Both the position numbers and the translations under genes were made by a program. DNA of 64,000 nucleotides from an uncultured delta proteobacterium (GTDB taxonomy: Bacteria; Desulfobacterota; Binatia; UBA9968), in NCBI GenBank assembly GCA_963727625.1, contig CAVSHR010000011.1, forward strand, positions 224,001-288,000, read 5' to 3'. The notes below the pieces were generated by a model, which ran no database searches, was not told the DNA's origin, and saw nothing but the letters and a program-made list of their open reading frames with translations. Of this stretch, positions 39,016 to 50,914 are shown one piece after another. Position 1 is the stretch's first letter; each line of letters starts with the position of its first letter.

Positions 39016-40060
39016 GTGCTTCCCCATCTAGTTCTCATTACAGGGGGCGCCGGCTTTCTCGGCTCCCATCTGGTCGAGCAATTTTGCCGCCACGGTGCTC
39101 GCGTTCGTCTGTTCGATGTTGCCGCCCGCCCCGATTGGGCGCAGGGTCCGGCGATCGAATACCTGCGCGGTGATGTGCGGGATGAGAGGTTGACGCAGGA
39201 CGCCCTGGACGGAGTCGATACGGTCATTCACGCGGCTTTTGCGTCGCCGCGACAGAACCGCGAGCTCATCCGGAGCGTGAACAGGGAAGGAACCCGCATT
39301 CTATGCGGACAGGCCGCCGCCCGAAGGGTTGGAAGGTTCATCTTGATCTCGTCCACGATCGTTATGCGATCGCCCAAGGTCCATCCGTTCTTGCCGAATT
39401 CCCCGCTCACCCGGCTGGATGCCTATCGCTCAGCGCGCGCCGAAGCCGAGAAGATCGCATCGGACTGCGGCAGGAGCGCCATGCCGGTCGCGATTGTCCG
39501 GCCCAAGACATTTATCGGTCCCGGGTGCTTGAGCGCCTTTGCCATCCTTTTTGAATGGGTGCGGCTCGGCAAACCCGTGCCAATTTTAGGCGACGGTGAA
39601 ATCCGCTACCAGTTAGTCGACGTGAGGGACATGGCCGAAGGTATTCGTTTGCTTGGCTCCTGCGGCGCGGCGGGGATATTCTATTTCGGCGGGCGAAGAC
39701 TTCCGTTCCGTACGCCGGGATCTCCAGGCGCTCATCGATCATGCGCGGACAGGCTCTCGATTGTACACGGTGTCAAAAAAGCTCGCGCGGGCGGCGCTGC
39801 GCGGCATCGAGTTGGCAAACATGATTCCGTTGTCCGAATGGCACTACAGGAATGCGTACGGCGAGGATTCCGTCGTCGATATTTCCCGGGCCACGCAAGA
39901 ATTGGGCTGGCAGCCCAAGTTTAGCAACGCGGCATCGCTCTGTGAAGCGTATGATTGGTACGTCGGCAGCATGGGCGCGACCGGAACGGCACGGAGCCGA
40001 TTCCCGGTTCCGATAACCCACCAGGCGCTGAAATACTTGAGCCGGTTCCTGCCTCATTAG
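39016..40060 (+). CDS. NAD-dependent epimerase/3-beta-HSD-like SDR; frameshift near 39690
   Basis: ITGGAGFLG, VRPKTFIGPG, YQLVDVRD. Continues in ORF 39653..40060 (VDISRATQELGWQPKFSN). The catalytic YxxxK reads YRSAR. Confidence 0.8.
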
Positions 40061-40223
40061 GGCTGGCCAAATTGGGGTGGCCTCGTATGCAGATGGGAGG
40101 AGAGGCTTGCGCCGGGCATTTTCCTGGCGCAAGCTGGCCATGGGTTGACGCTCTAGCGGTGCGCCGCGCAGCCTCGGCCGCAGCGCCGCCGACGAACATA
40201 ACCGCGATCTAAGGACAAGCCGA

Positions 40224-41354
40224 ATGAAAACTTTGGACCGCATCGTGCGCCATCTGCGCATCACGTGGAAGAATTACCGAAATCTCCCGAGTCCGCCGTT
40301 CCTGATTTTATTCATCAACTCGATCTGCAACATGAAATGCGACCATTGCTTTTACTGGAGCAAATTAAACCGGCGCGACGATCTCACCAAGGACGAGATC
40401 GTCGGGCTGTCTCGTTCCCTCGGCCGCATTGAAAATCTGAACCTCTCCGGCGGGGAGCCCTTCTTGCGGAAGGACTTTGCCGAGATATGCCGCCAATTTA
40501 TCGAGCAAAACAAAGTGCGCCAAATCTACGTGCCCACGAACGGCTGGTACACGGAAAAGACCGTCGAGCAAATCAGTTCGATTCTCGACCGCGATGATCT
40601 GAACCTGTTCGTCGTCGAGTTGTCCTTGGACGGCATGCCAGAGTTCCACGACAAGTTCCGCGTCGCGCCCGGCTCTTTTCAGCGGAGCATGCAGACTTAT
40701 GACGCCCTCGCCAAGCTGCAGGAACGGGATCAGCGCTTGCGCATCCACAGCATTTCGACGGCCACCGAGCTTAACCTGGACGAAATCAAGCGACTGACCG
40801 GCTATCTCTACGAGCGCTGCCCCCGAATGGATCACCACAATCTGGCGATCATCCGCGGCGACCGTAAGAACCCGTCATTGCAAGGACCCAGCCTGCAACA
40901 ATACCAAGATTTGTATCAATACATTCGTCAACTCTGGTCACCGCGCGAAACGGGCCGCTACGGTTCCGTCGTTGAGCCCATGCTGCAATGGGCGAAACTG
41001 CGGACCCTGACCGAACAGACGCAAGTCATCCCGTGCCGTGCGGGCAGGCTGAGCGCGGTGGTTTATGCCAACGGCGATGTCAGCGTTTGCGAGGCGCACC
41101 GGCCGTTGGGGAATTTACGGCAGAACTCTTTTTGGCAGATTTGGAATTCACAGGACGCCTGCGCGTTGCGCGACTCTATTGCCAGAAAGGATTGCTACTG
41201 CACGACCGAGGTGTTTATGTGGCCGAGCATCGTCTATCAGCCGGCGCGACTACTGCAGGCGATGGTAAGCGCGAAGGCATGGCGGACCCCGAAGCCCTTG
41301 GGCGCAAATAGCACGGTCAAAACCCCGGAACTGAAGCAGGCCTCAAAGCAATAG
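40224..41354 (+). CDS. Radical SAM protein with SPASM/twitch domain
   Basis: [42 protein letters not shown]. Confidence 0.92.
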   Translation: MKTLDRIVRHLRITWKNYRNLPSPPFLILFINSICNMKCDHCFYWSKLNRRDDLTKDEIVGLSRSLGRIENLNLSGGEPFLRKDFAEICRQFIEQNKVRQIYVPTNGWYTEKTVEQISSILDRDDLNLFVVELSLDGMPEFHDKFRVAPGSFQRSMQTYDALAKLQERDQRLRIHSISTATELNLDEIKRLTGYLYERCPRMDHHNLAIIRGDRKNPSLQGPSLQQYQDLYQYIRQLWSPRETGRYGSVVEPMLQWAKLRTLTEQTQVIPCRAGRLSAVVYANGDVSVCEAHRPLGNLRQNSFWQIWNSQDACALRDSIARKDCYCTTEVFMWPSIVYQPARLLQAMVSAKAWRTPKPLGANSTVKTPELKQASKQ

Positions 41355-41635
41355 GCAGGGAAAACCCTCGATCCGGTGGGCATTCCCGGGCCTTCAATCC
41401 CCTCGAGCCATGCCGCAGAGAAGCTTCGCTGACGAACCGGGGATGATTGACCCTAGATCCGACTATTTTCTAGTAGTTGCGTGGCGCGACTCACCGAAGC
41501 CGACGAACTTTCTTGCTCGACCGAAGTTTTTCGCTTTGCCACAGCGCGGCAGAGCGGCAAGCAAAGACGGAATAGAAATTTCACCACGAAGGACGCGAAG
41601 ATTTTTTAAAAGGGTGCGCGATGCGCACCAAGCAG

Positions 41636-41748
41636 TCAGTGGCCCGGATGCAGCGCAGCGAGATCGCGGGGTTCGGAGAATTTGCCCGGGCTGCCCAAAC
41701 TTTCAACGGTCGTGGTAAAGAACGGAGAGTCAAATTGGCAAAACCATT
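41636..41748 (+). repeat. About 112-bp repeat containing the REP-like GCCCGGATGCAGCGCAGCG; inverted partner of 31804-31916
   Basis: Direct sequence comparison with 31804-31916. Confidence 0.85.
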
Positions 41749-41965
41749 GAATTTTAGAATGATATTTTTTCCTTCTTGCTCTTCGTGTCCGTCGTGGCGG
41801 TCTATCCTGCTGGGGAAAGTTTCACTGACTTCGATCCTTCGCTTAGACACCGCAACCGGCGTTTTTAGGTTGATATGACTTTTTACCTCGGTGTCCCGGG
41901 TTAGATCCTTTCACGACATCTTACGGATGCCCAATCAGGATTGAAAATGAAGCAGGAGGCGGCCG

Positions 41966-43205
41966 GTGCGCGTCAAGCGCGCACACATGAAAAACATGTC
42001 CACTGACGGTTCTCGAAGGGAGCAAATCGGAGTCGGCGGTTGTCGCATTACACCGCGAGCTAAAGAACTGGTCATGGCGGTTCTGGATAGCAATCGATTG
42101 ACCGCAGGTCCCATGATGGCGAAGTTTGAAAACGAAATGGCGGCAATTCACGGATGTCGCTTCGCCTGATGTCCAACAGCGGGACGAGCGCATTGCAGAT
42201 CGCGTTGGCGGCATTGAAAGAGGTGTACTGCTGGCAAGACGGCGATGAAGTCATCGTTCCGGCGCTGACCTTTGTCGCGACCTCCAACGTGGTGATGTAC
42301 AACGGCCTCAAACCCGTGTTCGTCGATATCGAGCCGCAATATTACACTCTCGATCCGGCCAAGATCGAGGCGAGAATTACCGCTCGGACTCGCGCGATCA
42401 TACCGGTCCACATTGCCGGCCTACCCTGTGATATGGATCCGATCGGTGCGATCGCCCGCAAGCACGACCTCAAAATCATCGAGGATTCTTGTGAGACGAT
42501 GTTTGCCCGCTACAAAAAACGACCGGTTGGATCGTTCGGCGAGATCGGATGCTTCTCGACTTATGCCGCTCATGTGATCGCTACGGGCGTCGGCGGCGTC
42601 TGTACGACTAATGACGCCGAATTGATGGTCATCCTGAAGAGCTTGATGAATCACGGCAGGGACTCCATCTACATTCGAATGGATGACGACGCGGCGCGCA
42701 AGGCGATGATCTGTTTCAGATCGCCAACGCGCGCTTCTCGTTTACCCGGCTCGGCCACAGTTTCCGCTGCACCGAAATGGAGGCAGCGCTGGGAATCGCG
42801 CAACTCGAGGAACGCGAGGAACTGTGCCGCCGTCGGCAGGAAATTGCTGCGTGCTTCAACGACCGCCTGGCCGAGTTCGAGGACGAATTGCAATTGCCCA
42901 GGGCCCGTCCGGAATCGGAGCATGACTATATGTTCTACCCGCTGGTGTTGCGAAGTTCGCGGGTGCGAAGAAGGGACTTGATCCTTTACCTCGAAGAAAA
43001 CAGGATCGAAACTCGTTATCTACTTCCGCTGATCAACCAACCGATTTATCAAAAACTATTCGGCGTGCTGGATCAAAACTATCCCGTGGCGGCGCGACTC
43101 AATGAGAACGCATTCTATATCGGCTGCCATCCGGAGATGACGGACGATGACGTGGATTATGTTGTGGACCGGTTTGGCGAGTTTTTTAGAGGCGCGCGAT
43201 CGTGA
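41966..43205 (+). CDS. DegT/DnrJ-family PLP enzyme of ColD-like type (His in place of the catalytic Lys); two frameshifts (about 42168 and 42690)
   Basis: Joined from ORFs 41966, 42154 and 42777: NSGTSAL, PALTFVAT, IEDSCE, FSTYAAHVIATGVGG, GHSFRCTEMEAALG, IETR, YIGCH. RBS AGGAGG before GTG at 41966. Confidence 0.82.
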
Positions 43206-43341
43206 ACCTTGGAAGCCGCGAGCCGAACGCGTTCGATGACCATCGGATGCCATTGATGCGGGTAAGGAAACAGTTAAAAAAATATCCGATCAAGAAGTTC
43301 ATTTGGGGATCGATGAACGCCCGGAAAGATGCGGGGTGGAA

Positions 43342-44502
43342 ATGAGGTTGGGAATCAACGGCTGGCGCATTCACGGCCAGCGAACCGGTGTGTTCCGTTA
43401 TCTTTTGAATGTAGTGAAGCATTGGACACCCGACATCACCGCGGGAAGTTTCGAAGATATCATCTTCTATGCTCCGGCGCCGATCGACAGAGATGAAATT
43501 GCCCTGCCGAAGAATATCAATGAACATGTTCTCCGCTCAGATTGGCCCATGCTCGTTTGGGAGAATCTTCGACTGGCCCCGGTGGCGAGTGACGATGTGT
43601 TGTTCTGCCCCTCTTATTCCCGCCCGCTGGCGACACGTGGAAAGACGGTCGTGACTACGCACGACGCGATTTCACAACTTTATCCTTGGCTTTTTCCCTT
43701 GTCCGTCCGGCTTTTTTATAACCAGCTCTATGGCTGGAGCGCTCGCCACGCGACCCTTGTCATTACCGACTCGGAAGCCGGGCGCCGGGATATTAACGGC
43801 TGTTGGGGAGTGCCCCTCGAGCGAATTCGTGTCGTCTATCTTGCGCCGGACGAGAGATTCAAGCCGCTGCTGGACGATCCACAGCGGAACCGGGTCCGGA
43901 GCCGGTATGTCGAGTCTGGCGCGCCGTTTTTTCTGTTCGTCGGAAAATTGTCCGGTCGCCGGAATATTCCGCTTCTTCTGGAGGCGTTCGGCGAATTTAA
44001 GCGCCGGACGTCGTTTCCGCATCAGTTGGTGATGATTGGCCTGAATATCCACGACATGAAGCTGGCGCCGTTGATCGAGCGACTGGGTCTCTCGAACGAT
44101 CTAAAGCATTGGCCCTATGTTTCTGATGACGACCTGAACTCGCTGTATAACGCTGCGGATATTTTTATCTCTCCGTCCGAGTACGAGACTGTTTCCTTGC
44201 CCGTTCTTGAAGCGCAAGCCACGGGGACGGCCGTGATCTGCATCGACACCGAGGGAATGCGGGAGATCACCGGTGCGGCGGCCCTGCTGATACCAAAGCT
44301 TAATGTCCGTGAGCTGGCCGAAGCGATGTCACGGCTGGCCGGGGACGCTGCTTTGCGCCGGCAATTGGCCGCGGACGGAATTATCAATGCTCGCCGGTTT
44401 TCCTGGCAGCGCTGTTCGGCTGAGACCCTGGCTGTGCTAAAAGAGGCCGCCACGCTCTCTTCTCCCCCTGCCCGGTCAACGGCTATAAAGGAACTACCAT
44501 GA
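43342..44502 (+). CDS. GT4 glycosyltransferase (MtfB/WbaZ-like)
   Basis: RTGVFRY, TTHDAI, VITDSE, YETVSLPVLEAQATG, FSW. Confidence 0.9.
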   Translation: MRLGINGWRIHGQRTGVFRYLLNVVKHWTPDITAGSFEDIIFYAPAPIDRDEIALPKNINEHVLRSDWPMLVWENLRLAPVASDDVLFCPSYSRPLATRGKTVVTTHDAISQLYPWLFPLSVRLFYNQLYGWSARHATLVITDSEAGRRDINGCWGVPLERIRVVYLAPDERFKPLLDDPQRNRVRSRYVESGAPFFLFVGKLSGRRNIPLLLEAFGEFKRRTSFPHQLVMIGLNIHDMKLAPLIERLGLSNDLKHWPYVSDDDLNSLYNAADIFISPSEYETVSLPVLEAQATGTAVICIDTEGMREITGAAALLIPKLNVRELAEAMSRLAGDAALRRQLAADGIINARRFSWQRCSAETLAVLKEAATLSSPPARSTAIKELP

Positions 44503-45455
44503 CGCTTGCGGACAATCCCCAGCGGGTGCTCGTCACTGGGGGCGCGGGGTTTATTGGGTCGCACCTGGTCGAGGAATTCATTCGCCGGGGTGCTCAAGTC
44601 ACGGTCGTGGATAATCTCTCGGCCGGGCGACCGAGCAATCTCTGCGACGTTCAACATCGTATCGATTTGCGCCGTGCCGATATCGTGCGCGATGACCTCC
44701 GACCGCTACTTAAGGAGGGTGATTTTACCCTAATCTGTCACGCGGCTGCCAATGCCAGCGTGCCCGACTCGGTAGAAAAGCCGAGAAGGGATTTTGAGAA
44801 AAACGCGGTCGCGACCATAAACCTGCTCGAAGCCGCGCGAGAAACACTGCCTGACGCCAGGGTCATTCATACTTCGTCCGCATTGGTCTACGGCAATGCG
44901 CGCGCCATCGCCCTTAAGGAAGAAGATCCAACGGTTCCGTTATCGCCTTACGCCGTCAGCAAACTCGCTTCGGAGCACTACATGACCGTTTATGCGCGGT
45001 TGTACGGCCTCCGCACCGCAATACTGAGACTCTTTCCCGTGTACGGTCCGCGGCAGCGCAGACAGGTGGTCTATGATCTCATGTGCAAGCTCGCGCACAA
45101 CCCCGACGAGTTGCAGATCGAGGGCGATGGCACTCAGGAACGCGATTTCAATCATGTTGCAAACGTCGTCGATGCTTACATAACCGTCGCCAAGGGGGCC
45201 AAATTTGACGGCGAAGTTTACAACGTCGCAGCGGAAGAGACGATTACCATTGGCGCGCTTGCCCGGATGATCTGCCGGGAAATGGGTGTGACTCCGCGTT
45301 TTGAATTCGGCGAGGCTCGGGCCGGTGACACGGCGCGGCTGATCGCTGACACGAGCCGCTTGAAAAAACTTGGATTTGAATCCCGTTTAGGGTTTGCCGC
45401 AGGATTGACAGACACAGTCAACTGGTTTCGCCGGGAGATGACGGTTGCCAAGTAG
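44499..45455 (+). CDS. NAD-dependent epimerase/dehydratase (extended SDR)
   Basis: [34 protein letters not shown]. Confidence 0.92.
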   Translation: MTLADNPQRVLVTGGAGFIGSHLVEEFIRRGAQVTVVDNLSAGRPSNLCDVQHRIDLRRADIVRDDLRPLLKEGDFTLICHAAANASVPDSVEKPRRDFEKNAVATINLLEAARETLPDARVIHTSSALVYGNARAIALKEEDPTVPLSPYAVSKLASEHYMTVYARLYGLRTAILRLFPVYGPRQRRQVVYDLMCKLAHNPDELQIEGDGTQERDFNHVANVVDAYITVAKGAKFDGEVYNVAAEETITIGALARMICREMGVTPRFEFGEARAGDTARLIADTSRLKKLGFESRLGFAAGLTDTVNWFRREMTVAK

Positions 45456-45568
45456 CAGCAATCAACGGCCTGCCGACCAACGCGACAGGGCATGGGGAGG
45501 TCATTCAATCGCTGTCCATGCTGCCATCACAACGCGACGCGTCGGCTGGGAAGGAAGGCGATAGGGAC

Positions 45569-46591
45569 ATGCCAAAGCGTGCGCTCATTACAGGGATCAC
45601 CGGGCAGGACGGCTCTTATTTGGCTGAATTGCTGCTCGGAAAAGGCTATGAAATTTATGGTTTGAGACGCCGGTCGAGTAGTTTCAATACCGAGAGGATC
45701 GACCATCTTATAATGGATTTCCGGCACGACCGCGATGCGCGCTTGTTCCTGGAGTATGCCGACCTGGCTGATTCTACGAGCCTGGTAAAGCTCCTTTATC
45801 GTTTGCAGCCCGACGAAATATACAATCTAGGCGCTCAGAGCCATGTCCATGTCAGCTTCGAAGTGCCTGAGTACACATGCGACATCACCGGACTAGGGGC
45901 GGTTCGGATCGCCGAAGCCGTGCGGGAAACGGGGATCAAAACGCGAGTCTATCAGGCTTCGAGCAGCGAAATGTTCGGCATTACCCCGTCTCCACAAAAT
46001 GAAAGCTCCCCCTTTCACCCGCGCAGTCCGTACGCCTGTGCCAAGGCTTTCGCACATCATATCATGGTGAACTATCGCGAGAGCTATGGAATGTTTGTTT
46101 GCAACGGCATTCTCTACAATCATGAATCTCCCCGGCGCGGAGAGAATTTTGTAACCCGTAAAATTACTCGAGCCGTCGCCAGGATCAAGCGGGGAATGCA
46201 AGAGAAGCTTTATTTGGGAAATTTGGAAGCTCGCCGGGATTGGGGCTATGCTCCCGAATATGTCGAAGCGATGTGGCGAATGCTCCAACAAGACGAACCG
46301 GGAGACTACGTGATCGCAACCGGCCAATCGCACAGCGTGCGGGAATTTGTCAGTACAGCCTTTGAATATGTCGGTCTCGACTGGAGAGAGCATGTTGAAA
46401 TTGATCCTTGTTATTACCGGCCGGCGGAGGTCGATAACTTGATGGGCGATTCCTCGAAGGCGAGTGTGATGCTGGGATGGAAGCCGGCTACGTCTTTCGA
46501 GGAATTAGTCCGTATCATGGTGGACGCCGACATGCGACTCCTCGCCGGTCAGCTGGCTCGTGGTGACTTGTACTCGAAGCCTGACAAATGA
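45569..46591 (+). CDS. gmd: GDP-mannose 4,6-dehydratase
   Basis: [56 protein letters not shown]. Confidence 0.97.
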   Translation: MPKRALITGITGQDGSYLAELLLGKGYEIYGLRRRSSSFNTERIDHLIMDFRHDRDARLFLEYADLADSTSLVKLLYRLQPDEIYNLGAQSHVHVSFEVPEYTCDITGLGAVRIAEAVRETGIKTRVYQASSSEMFGITPSPQNESSPFHPRSPYACAKAFAHHIMVNYRESYGMFVCNGILYNHESPRRGENFVTRKITRAVARIKRGMQEKLYLGNLEARRDWGYAPEYVEAMWRMLQQDEPGDYVIATGQSHSVREFVSTAFEYVGLDWREHVEIDPCYYRPAEVDNLMGDSSKASVMLGWKPATSFEELVRIMVDADMRLLAGQLARGDLYSKPDK

Positions 46592-46621
46592 GTTGCGGGG
46601 GAAGGGTCAGTGATTCGTTAA

Positions 46622-48100
46622 ATGGCCGCATCGGCAGGCGATCGAAACTCCCGCCATTTACGCGGTTTCGCGATGCTGGCAGGCGGGCAAGCCTTGGCAC
46701 GGGGCATGACTTTCCTCGGAGTGAGCTATCTGACGCGAGCTTTAGGCATCGAGATGTTCGGTGTGATCGGGCTCGCCACCGCGGTCGTGGCCTGTTTCTT
46801 GTTGGTGGTCGATGCCGGGTTGGACCTGATCGCCATGCGGGTCGTGTCCCGGCGAGAAGATTCGGTCGATAGCGTCGCCTCTCGCGTTATTCTATCGCGC
46901 TTAGGTCTCGCCGCAGTCGCCGCGGGGCTTCTCGGGCTCGCCGCACCGTGGATCGCTTCGTCATCGATCGGGCTGGCGGTTATGTTGGCCTACAGCCTGA
47001 CGTTCCTCTCTTTCGCGGCGAATTTGAAGTGGAGCTTCCAGGCACTCGAGCAAAATGGCTTGGTGGCGATCGCGCTGGTTCTCTCCCAAGCCGTCTACCT
47101 TTGCGGGATCTTAATCTCCGTTCACGGGCCCGACGACGTGATTAAGGTTCCCCTGGTCATTTTTGGCTCGGAGCTGACGGGCGCGGCGTTTATATTCGTC
47201 CAATTCCGCAGACAAGGCTTTCGGATCCGGCTGCCGCGCTCTTACCGCCTTTCTTGGGCTATGCTCAGAGATGCGTTTCCTCTGGCAGGGACGCTAGCGG
47301 TGAGGACGATTGGGATCAACTTCGATCTGCTCTTATTGGGTCTGGTCGATACCCCCTTGGCGGTGGGCCTCTACAGCGCGGTTTCCCGGATAATTTTTCT
47401 CATAAGAGAATTTGGCGCGCTCTACTATATACCCCTATTCCCTCAGCTTAGTTTGGCGGCGAAGGAAGCAACCGAGCGCTTTGTAACCTTGGGCCAGGCC
47501 GGAATTCGACATGCCGCCGTGATTATCTTTCCCGTTGTCATCGGGGTCTTCCTGACCGGAGCCGAACTGCTTGCCTTCGTGTTCAGCCCCGAGTATGCGT
47601 CGGCCGCGAATGTTTTATTTCTGCTCCTTGTTGCCGTAGCCTTCACCATGTTGACGGGGGTGTACCGGTATGGCCTGATTGCCTATAATCGGCAGACCAC
47701 CCTTTTCCAAATCATTACGGCCGGGGCGGCTTTTAACATCGCAATGAATCTTCTCTTGGTGCCTCGTTACTCGCTGATCGGCGCAGCCTGGAGTGCCGTG
47801 GCTTCCGAAGCCCTCATTTTTGTTCTCAGCTGGCTGGCCGTTACACGGTCAGTCCGACTATCCCCATGGCGACCGATTTGCCGGCCCGCGCTTGCAGCCG
47901 CCGGCATGGCCATCATTCTTTGGCTGATACCAACTTGGCCATTCCTGTTGAGGGTCGCCGTCGCGGTCGTAAGCTACAGCACGCTTGTCCTGTTTTCCGG
48001 CGCTGTACGTACGGGCGAACTCAGCGGATTGTGGCAGCGGGAGTCCCCTCTGGTCATTGACAACGCGGGTGATGTCAACTCAAAAGAAGGATTCCACTGA
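46622..48100 (+). CDS. Wzx-type polysaccharide flippase
   Basis: About 14 TM segments; YLTRALG..FG, DAGL, NFD.LLLG..VGLYSA, N..LVP.Y..IGAA. Confidence 0.88.
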   Translation: MAASAGDRNSRHLRGFAMLAGGQALARGMTFLGVSYLTRALGIEMFGVIGLATAVVACFLLVVDAGLDLIAMRVVSRREDSVDSVASRVILSRLGLAAVAAGLLGLAAPWIASSSIGLAVMLAYSLTFLSFAANLKWSFQALEQNGLVAIALVLSQAVYLCGILISVHGPDDVIKVPLVIFGSELTGAAFIFVQFRRQGFRIRLPRSYRLSWAMLRDAFPLAGTLAVRTIGINFDLLLLGLVDTPLAVGLYSAVSRIIFLIREFGALYYIPLFPQLSLAAKEATERFVTLGQAGIRHAAVIIFPVVIGVFLTGAELLAFVFSPEYASAANVLFLLLVAVAFTMLTGVYRYGLIAYNRQTTLFQIITAGAAFNIAMNLLLVPRYSLIGAAWSAVASEALIFVLSWLAVTRSVRLSPWRPICRPALAAAGMAIILWLIPTWPFLLRVAVAVVSYSTLVLFSGAVRTGELSGLWQRESPLVIDNAGDVNSKEGFH

Positions 48101-48121
48101 GGCGGAGCAGCTCGGAATGCC

Positions 48122-49192
48122 ATGATTAGAGTCGCTCTATTAGGCTTAGGGGGAGTCGCCCAGCAAATTCATTTGCCGGCATGCGGTTTTTTGTCCGATG
48201 CCAGACTCGTAGCCGGCGCCGATCCTGACAGCGAAAAGCGAGCAAGGATTGGCCGGCGGTTTGGAATTCCCGCGCTTTACTCCGAGGCTGAAATCCTCCT
48301 TGAACGAGAGAAACCGGATGTTGTGATCGTCGCTACGCCTCCAGAGTCGCACCGCGACTTATGTTTGCTCGCGCTGCGGCATGGCGCGCACGTGTTCTGC
48401 GAGAAACCGTTCGTTGCCAGCGTCACCGAAGCGGACGAGGTCATCCAGGCCGCTGAATGCCGGCAGCGGTCGGTTGTCGTGAACAATCAGTACCGATTCA
48501 TGCCGATCTACCGCGTCACTCAGGAGCGACTCGCGAGCGGCGAGTTTGGCCGGCCCTTCCTCATCCAGTGCTGGCAGCAGATGTTTCATCGCCCGTCCAC
48601 CGAGCCGAATTGGCGGGCCGACCTGGCCCACTATACGCTATACGAATTCGGGACCCATCCACTCGATCTCATTTGCTTCTTTTTCGGGGCGCTTCCGCTC
48701 TCGATCGCCGCGCACACTCCCCGTGTCTGTGCAGATCGACAGACCGACCTCATCGTTCAAGCAACTCTGCGATTCCCGGGCGAGCGATTGGCAACCCTGC
48801 TGTTTAACCGAGTCAGCCATGCCCTTCAACGATACCTCGAGATGCGGGTGGATTGTGAGAAGGCTTCGCTTCGAGTTTCATTCGGCGGCGTAGCCCGTGC
48901 CACCGTAGAGTGGTCTGGTGTCCTCGGCCGTCCGATCACCCGGGTGAGTCTGGTAAGGGGAGGTGAAGCTCGAATCGAGGCCGCCGGGCGCTCGCGGACT
49001 ATCGCTAGAGAGCGACAAGAAGGCCGCGCCAGAGCGACAGCCATGAACCTTCAGGGGCTGGTCGATTCTATTAAAAATGGCAGCTTTTCGAACAGCCAAG
49101 CCCGCCACGCCCGTGAATTGATTCGGATTGTCTGTGCCGGATATCAGTCCGCCCAAAGCGGCCAAACGGTATGGTTTGAAGATCGTTTATGA
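48122..49192 (+). CDS. Gfo/Idh/MocA oxidoreductase (probable nucleotide-sugar dehydrogenase)
   Basis: GLGGVA, ATPP..H, HVFCEKP, EFGTHPLD. Confidence 0.9.
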   Translation: MIRVALLGLGGVAQQIHLPACGFLSDARLVAGADPDSEKRARIGRRFGIPALYSEAEILLEREKPDVVIVATPPESHRDLCLLALRHGAHVFCEKPFVASVTEADEVIQAAECRQRSVVVNNQYRFMPIYRVTQERLASGEFGRPFLIQCWQQMFHRPSTEPNWRADLAHYTLYEFGTHPLDLICFFFGALPLSIAAHTPRVCADRQTDLIVQATLRFPGERLATLLFNRVSHALQRYLEMRVDCEKASLRVSFGGVARATVEWSGVLGRPITRVSLVRGGEARIEAAGRSRTIARERQEGRARATAMNLQGLVDSIKNGSFSNSQARHARELIRIVCAGYQSAQSGQTVWFEDRL

Positions 49193-50139
49193 ACGGAAAT
49201 CCGCAGATTTCCGTCGTCGTAGCGTCGCAGAATGCGCAGACCACCGTCGAACGATGTCTGGCTGCGCTGACAGCTCAGTCAGAAGGGGACAACGTGGAAA
49301 TCGTGGTTGTCGATAACTCGACCGACGGCACGACTGAAATTATTCGGACGCGATTCCCCCGCGTGAAACTTTTGCTCCAGCTGCCCGCCGCGCTCATTCC
49401 CGAACTCTGGGGAGTTGGCATTCGGCAAAGCGTTGGGGCAATCGTCGCGATCACGACGGCCCATTTCATTCCCGACAAAGATTGGCTCTCGCAGATTCGC
49501 AAAGCTCATGAAGCGCCGGTGCCCGCGATTGGTGGCGCCATTGAGAATGACAACCAAGCGGGGATCGTCGACTGGGCCGTCTATTTCTGTCGCTATGCTC
49601 CCTACATGCTGCCCTTCCCGCAAGGTTTTGCTTCGGAAATCGCCGGCGATAACGCTTCTTACAAGCGCGAATATCTTGATCGATGCCAGCCCGCGTGGCA
49701 GGACGGTTTTTGGGAGCCGACCGTACATGCGGAGCTCAAGAAGGCGGGGGGCCGGCTCCTTTTGGCGCCGTCCATCATCATACGCCACAAGCGATCTTTC
49801 GGTGTTTTGGCTTTCATAAAGCAGCGGTTCCAGCACGGTCTGAAATTTGGCGCGGATCGCGCCTCGCGGTTTTCACTACCGAAGAGGATCGTTTATCTGG
49901 CCCTTTCTCCCGCCATACCGCTGATTTATTTAGCTCGCATAAGCCGACAAGTCGTGCGCAAGCGGCGCCGCCTAGGCAAACTCTTGATCGCCTCCCCTTT
50001 AATGGTGTTGTTTCTTTTGTCCTGGAGCTTCGGCGAGCTGCTTGGTTATCTGCGCCCGCGTCGAGTGCGCCTGCGATCTTTGGGTACTCTGGAATCCGAA
50101 GAGCGCAGCCGTCATTTTTACAAGCCTCCCGGGAGCTGA
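49189..50139 (+). CDS. GT2-like glycosyltransferase, paralog C (degenerate TAH type)
   Basis: ISVVVAS, VVDNSTD, AITTAHF, IGGAIEN..VDWAVYFCRY, FWE, SWSFGELLGY. Confidence 0.85.
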   Translation: MNGNPQISVVVASQNAQTTVERCLAALTAQSEGDNVEIVVVDNSTDGTTEIIRTRFPRVKLLLQLPAALIPELWGVGIRQSVGAIVAITTAHFIPDKDWLSQIRKAHEAPVPAIGGAIENDNQAGIVDWAVYFCRYAPYMLPFPQGFASEIAGDNASYKREYLDRCQPAWQDGFWEPTVHAELKKAGGRLLLAPSIIIRHKRSFGVLAFIKQRFQHGLKFGADRASRFSLPKRIVYLALSPAIPLIYLARISRQVVRKRRRLGKLLIASPLMVLFLLSWSFGELLGYLRPRRVRLRSLGTLESEERSRHFYKPPGS

Positions 50140-50914
50140 TGCGCTCTTCGAGGGAGAGGAGACAGCGATCGGTACTCTGGCAATCCTGACCTACCATTCC
50201 TTGGACGACAGCGGTTCGGTTCTATCGACTCCACCGCGCGTTTTTGTCGAGCAAATGCGCATCTTGTCCGAGTCGCCTGTAAGAGTGATTCCGCTTCGCC
50301 AGGTCCCTGCGACTCTGCAGGGTGCAGGGACCGAGCAAGGGGTCGCGATTACCTTCGACGATGGTTTCCAGAATCTGTATCGAAACGCGCTTCCGGTCCT
50401 TGGCCGTTATAGTTTTCCGGCAACGGTTTTTTTAGTGAGCGATTTTTGTGGAAGAGATAGCGGTTGGCCCAGCCAACCGGCTGACATCGAGCGGCGCCCG
50501 CTGCTCCACTGGTCCGAAATCAAGGCGATGAGCGCCGCCGGAATCGCCTTCGGAAGCCACACGCGCACCCACGCCGACTTGACGACCGTTCCGGACGACG
50601 TTGCAGAGGAGGAGATAGCTACGTCAAAAAAAGCCATTGAGGACACGACCGGCCAGGCGGTGGACATGTTCGCGTACCCCTACGGGGCGTATAATGAAAA
50701 AGTTCGCCGGATGGCACAGAGGCATTTCGCCCTGGCATGCTCGACGAAACTCGGTTTCGCGGTGCCGGGAGACGATTGCTTCTCGCTTGAACGGATTGAA
50801 ATGTATTATCTCCGCCGCGTGAATCTATTCCGCCGGCTTTTCTCGCCGCAAACCAGAAGCTATATCGGTCTTCGCAGGGTAATCCGAGATTTCCGCAGTT
50901 GGATTTCCAGGTGA
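50139..50914 (+). CDS. Polysaccharide deacetylase (CE4); start uncertain
   Basis: ILTYHS, ITFDDGF, GSHTRTH, FAYPYG. The ORF track starts at 50042. A TGATG-coupled start at 50139 would require an indel near 50175. Confidence 0.85.
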
